Source of the DNA: Rhodospirillales bacterium | GTDB lineage: Bacteria; Pseudomonadota; Alphaproteobacteria; Rhodospirillales; JASLLZ01 | DNA: 64,000 nt | Assembly (NCBI GenBank): GCA_030754885.1 | Contig: JASLZL010000089.1 | Span: forward strand, 7,692-71,691 | Direction: 5' to 3' | In this document: positions 62,971 through 64,000 of the stretch, one piece after another | How the letters are laid out: each line of letters begins with the position of its first letter | Position numbering within the stretch: position 1 is the first letter of the stretch | Notes under the pieces: generated by a model | Database searches by the model: none | Told to the model about the DNA's origin: nothing | The model's input: the letters and a program-made list of their open reading frames with translations, nothing else | Translations under genes and position numbers: made by a program

Positions 62971-64000
62971 ACCGCAGTGTAGAAGCCATGGACCCGTTAA
63001 CCCGCGAGCTTCTCTATAAGGGGCTGGTCGGCGTTGCCGAAGACATGATGGTCACGGTGATCCGAACGTCGCGCTCGACGATCGTCAAGAACAGTCTCGA
63101 TTTCTCAGCATGCATCTGCGACGCGGATGGCAACCTGGTTGCCCAAGGGCTGGCCCTGCCCGGGCACCTGGGTTCCACCATGCCGGCCCTGAAGGGATGT
63201 CTCGACCATTTCGGAGACGACATCGCCCCGGGCGATATTTTACTCAGTAACGATCCCTACGCCGGGGCGCAACACCTCAACGACCTGTTCATGTTCAAGC
63301 CAGTTTATGACGCGGCCGGCGAACGGTTAGGATTTCTCAGCCTAGTCGTCCACCATACCGACATGGGAGGGCGGGCGCCCGGCGGCCAGGCGACGGATAG
63401 TACCGAGATCTACCAGGAGGGGCTCCGAATTCCGCCCTCCAAGTTTCACTGCGGCGGCCGGCCCAACGTCACCCTCTACCGTCTCATCGAAGCCAATGTC
63501 CGGGTGCCTGATCAGGTGATGGCCGATGTCAGGGCCCAAGTGGCGGCGCTGGAGACCGGCGAGCGGCACTTTCGTCAAGTGGTGGAGGATTTGGGGCCGG
63601 CAACTGTGCGTCACGGCATGATGGAACTCATCGACCATGCCGAGCGCATGACGCGCGCTTCGATCTCCGCGCTGCCCGATGGAGAGGCCGAGTTCACGGA
63701 ATGGAACGACGACTGCGGCTTGCCCAGCGAGCCGGTGAAGATTCGAGTAACGATTACCGTCGCCGGCGACACCATCGCGGTCGATTACGCCGGCACGGAC
63801 GCCCAGACCAGCGGCTCCATCAACGCTAATATCGAATGGACCGCTTCTTGTACCTACGCGGCGATCAGAACGGCGCTGGACCCCTCAATACCGACCAACG
63901 CGGGGTTCTACCGGCCGGTTCGGATATCGGCGCCGCAGCGCTCTTTCGTGCACACCGAACACCCGGCGCCGGTGGGGTCGCGCGGCCAAGTAGGCTACCG
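62967..64000 (+). CDS. hydantoinase B/oxoprolinase family subunit (3' end beyond window)
   Basis: Not in the ORF track because there is no stop in the window. ATG 62967 (ATGA overlap with the A subunit) gives MNRSVEAMDPLTRELLYKGLVGVAEDMMVTVIRTSRSTIVKNSLDFSACICDADGNLVAQG...NDPY.GAQHLND.., which is typical HyuB. Confidence 0.85.
   Translation, partial: MNRSVEAMDPLTRELLYKGLVGVAEDMMVTVIRTSRSTIVKNSLDFSACICDADGNLVAQGLALPGHLGSTMPALKGCLDHFGDDIAPGDILLSNDPYAGAQHLNDLFMFKPVYDAAGERLGFLSLVVHHTDMGGRAPGGQATDSTEIYQEGLRIPPSKFHCGGRPNVTLYRLIEANVRVPDQVMADVRAQVAALETGERHFRQVVEDLGPATVRHGMMELIDHAERMTRASISALPDGEAEFTEWNDDCGLPSEPVKIRVTITVAGDTIAVDYAGTDAQTSGSINANIEWTASCTYAAIRTALDPSIPTNAGFYRPVRISAPQRSFVHTEHPAPVGSRGQVGY

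Noticed and set aside
1-64000. Scan for rRNA, tRNA, CRISPR arrays, IS elements/transposases, integrases and prophage genes
   Set aside because: No cloverleaf-like or rRNA-like sequence appeared in any intergenic region over 100 bp. There are no short regularly spaced repeats and no transposase- or integrase-like ORFs. This was a visual scan only, so a tRNAscan, Infernal or ISfinder run could still find something I missed.

Overview
This is a high-G+C chromosomal segment, most likely from an alphaproteobacterium. The evidence is a DUF1476/zeta-type F1-ATPase inhibitor gene, an msbA-DUF374-waaA-lpxK-lpxL block, and lpoA-like/rsmI/yraN synteny. I can support about 58 protein-coding genes. I recognised no rRNA, tRNA, CRISPR array, transposase or integrase.

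Housekeeping content:
- korA-korB plus an FprA-type ferredoxin-NADP reductase
- pmbA
- a translationally coupled lipid A/Kdo cluster
- xseA; purD, purB and purC in separate units
- thrS-infC, with infC starting on a non-canonical ATA codon that the ORF track missed
- rsmI-yraN, cspA, and several LPS-type glycosyltransferases

Accessory-looking content:
1. A three-gene minus-strand unit: a bacterial homologue of lysosomal acid ceramidase/NAAA, a FemAB-like acyltransferase and a TPR-methyltransferase.
2. A sensor histidine kinase of visibly lower G+C, interrupted by an in-frame TGA inside a PAS domain.
3. A split aconitase-X (DUF521 + DUF126) next to a proline-racemase-family protein with a Ser/Cys catalytic pair. 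This is a candidate 3-hydroxyproline module.
4. A run of three EamA transporters plus a CDF transporter.
5. A redox cluster with two tandem GMC oxidoreductases, an RraA-like aldolase, a DAO-type flavoprotein and an SDR.
6. A lower-G+C mosaic at about 39.9-43.0 kb. The 3' end of an MBL-fold gene is present three times, a 96-nt near-perfect direct repeat brackets an MFS transporter, and a truncated paralogue of a cNMP-binding gene is left behind.

I found no recognisable defence or mobile system. The ceramidase-like operon and the repeat mosaic are the most unusual items. All functional calls rest on motif and family recognition by eye. No database search or computation was run.
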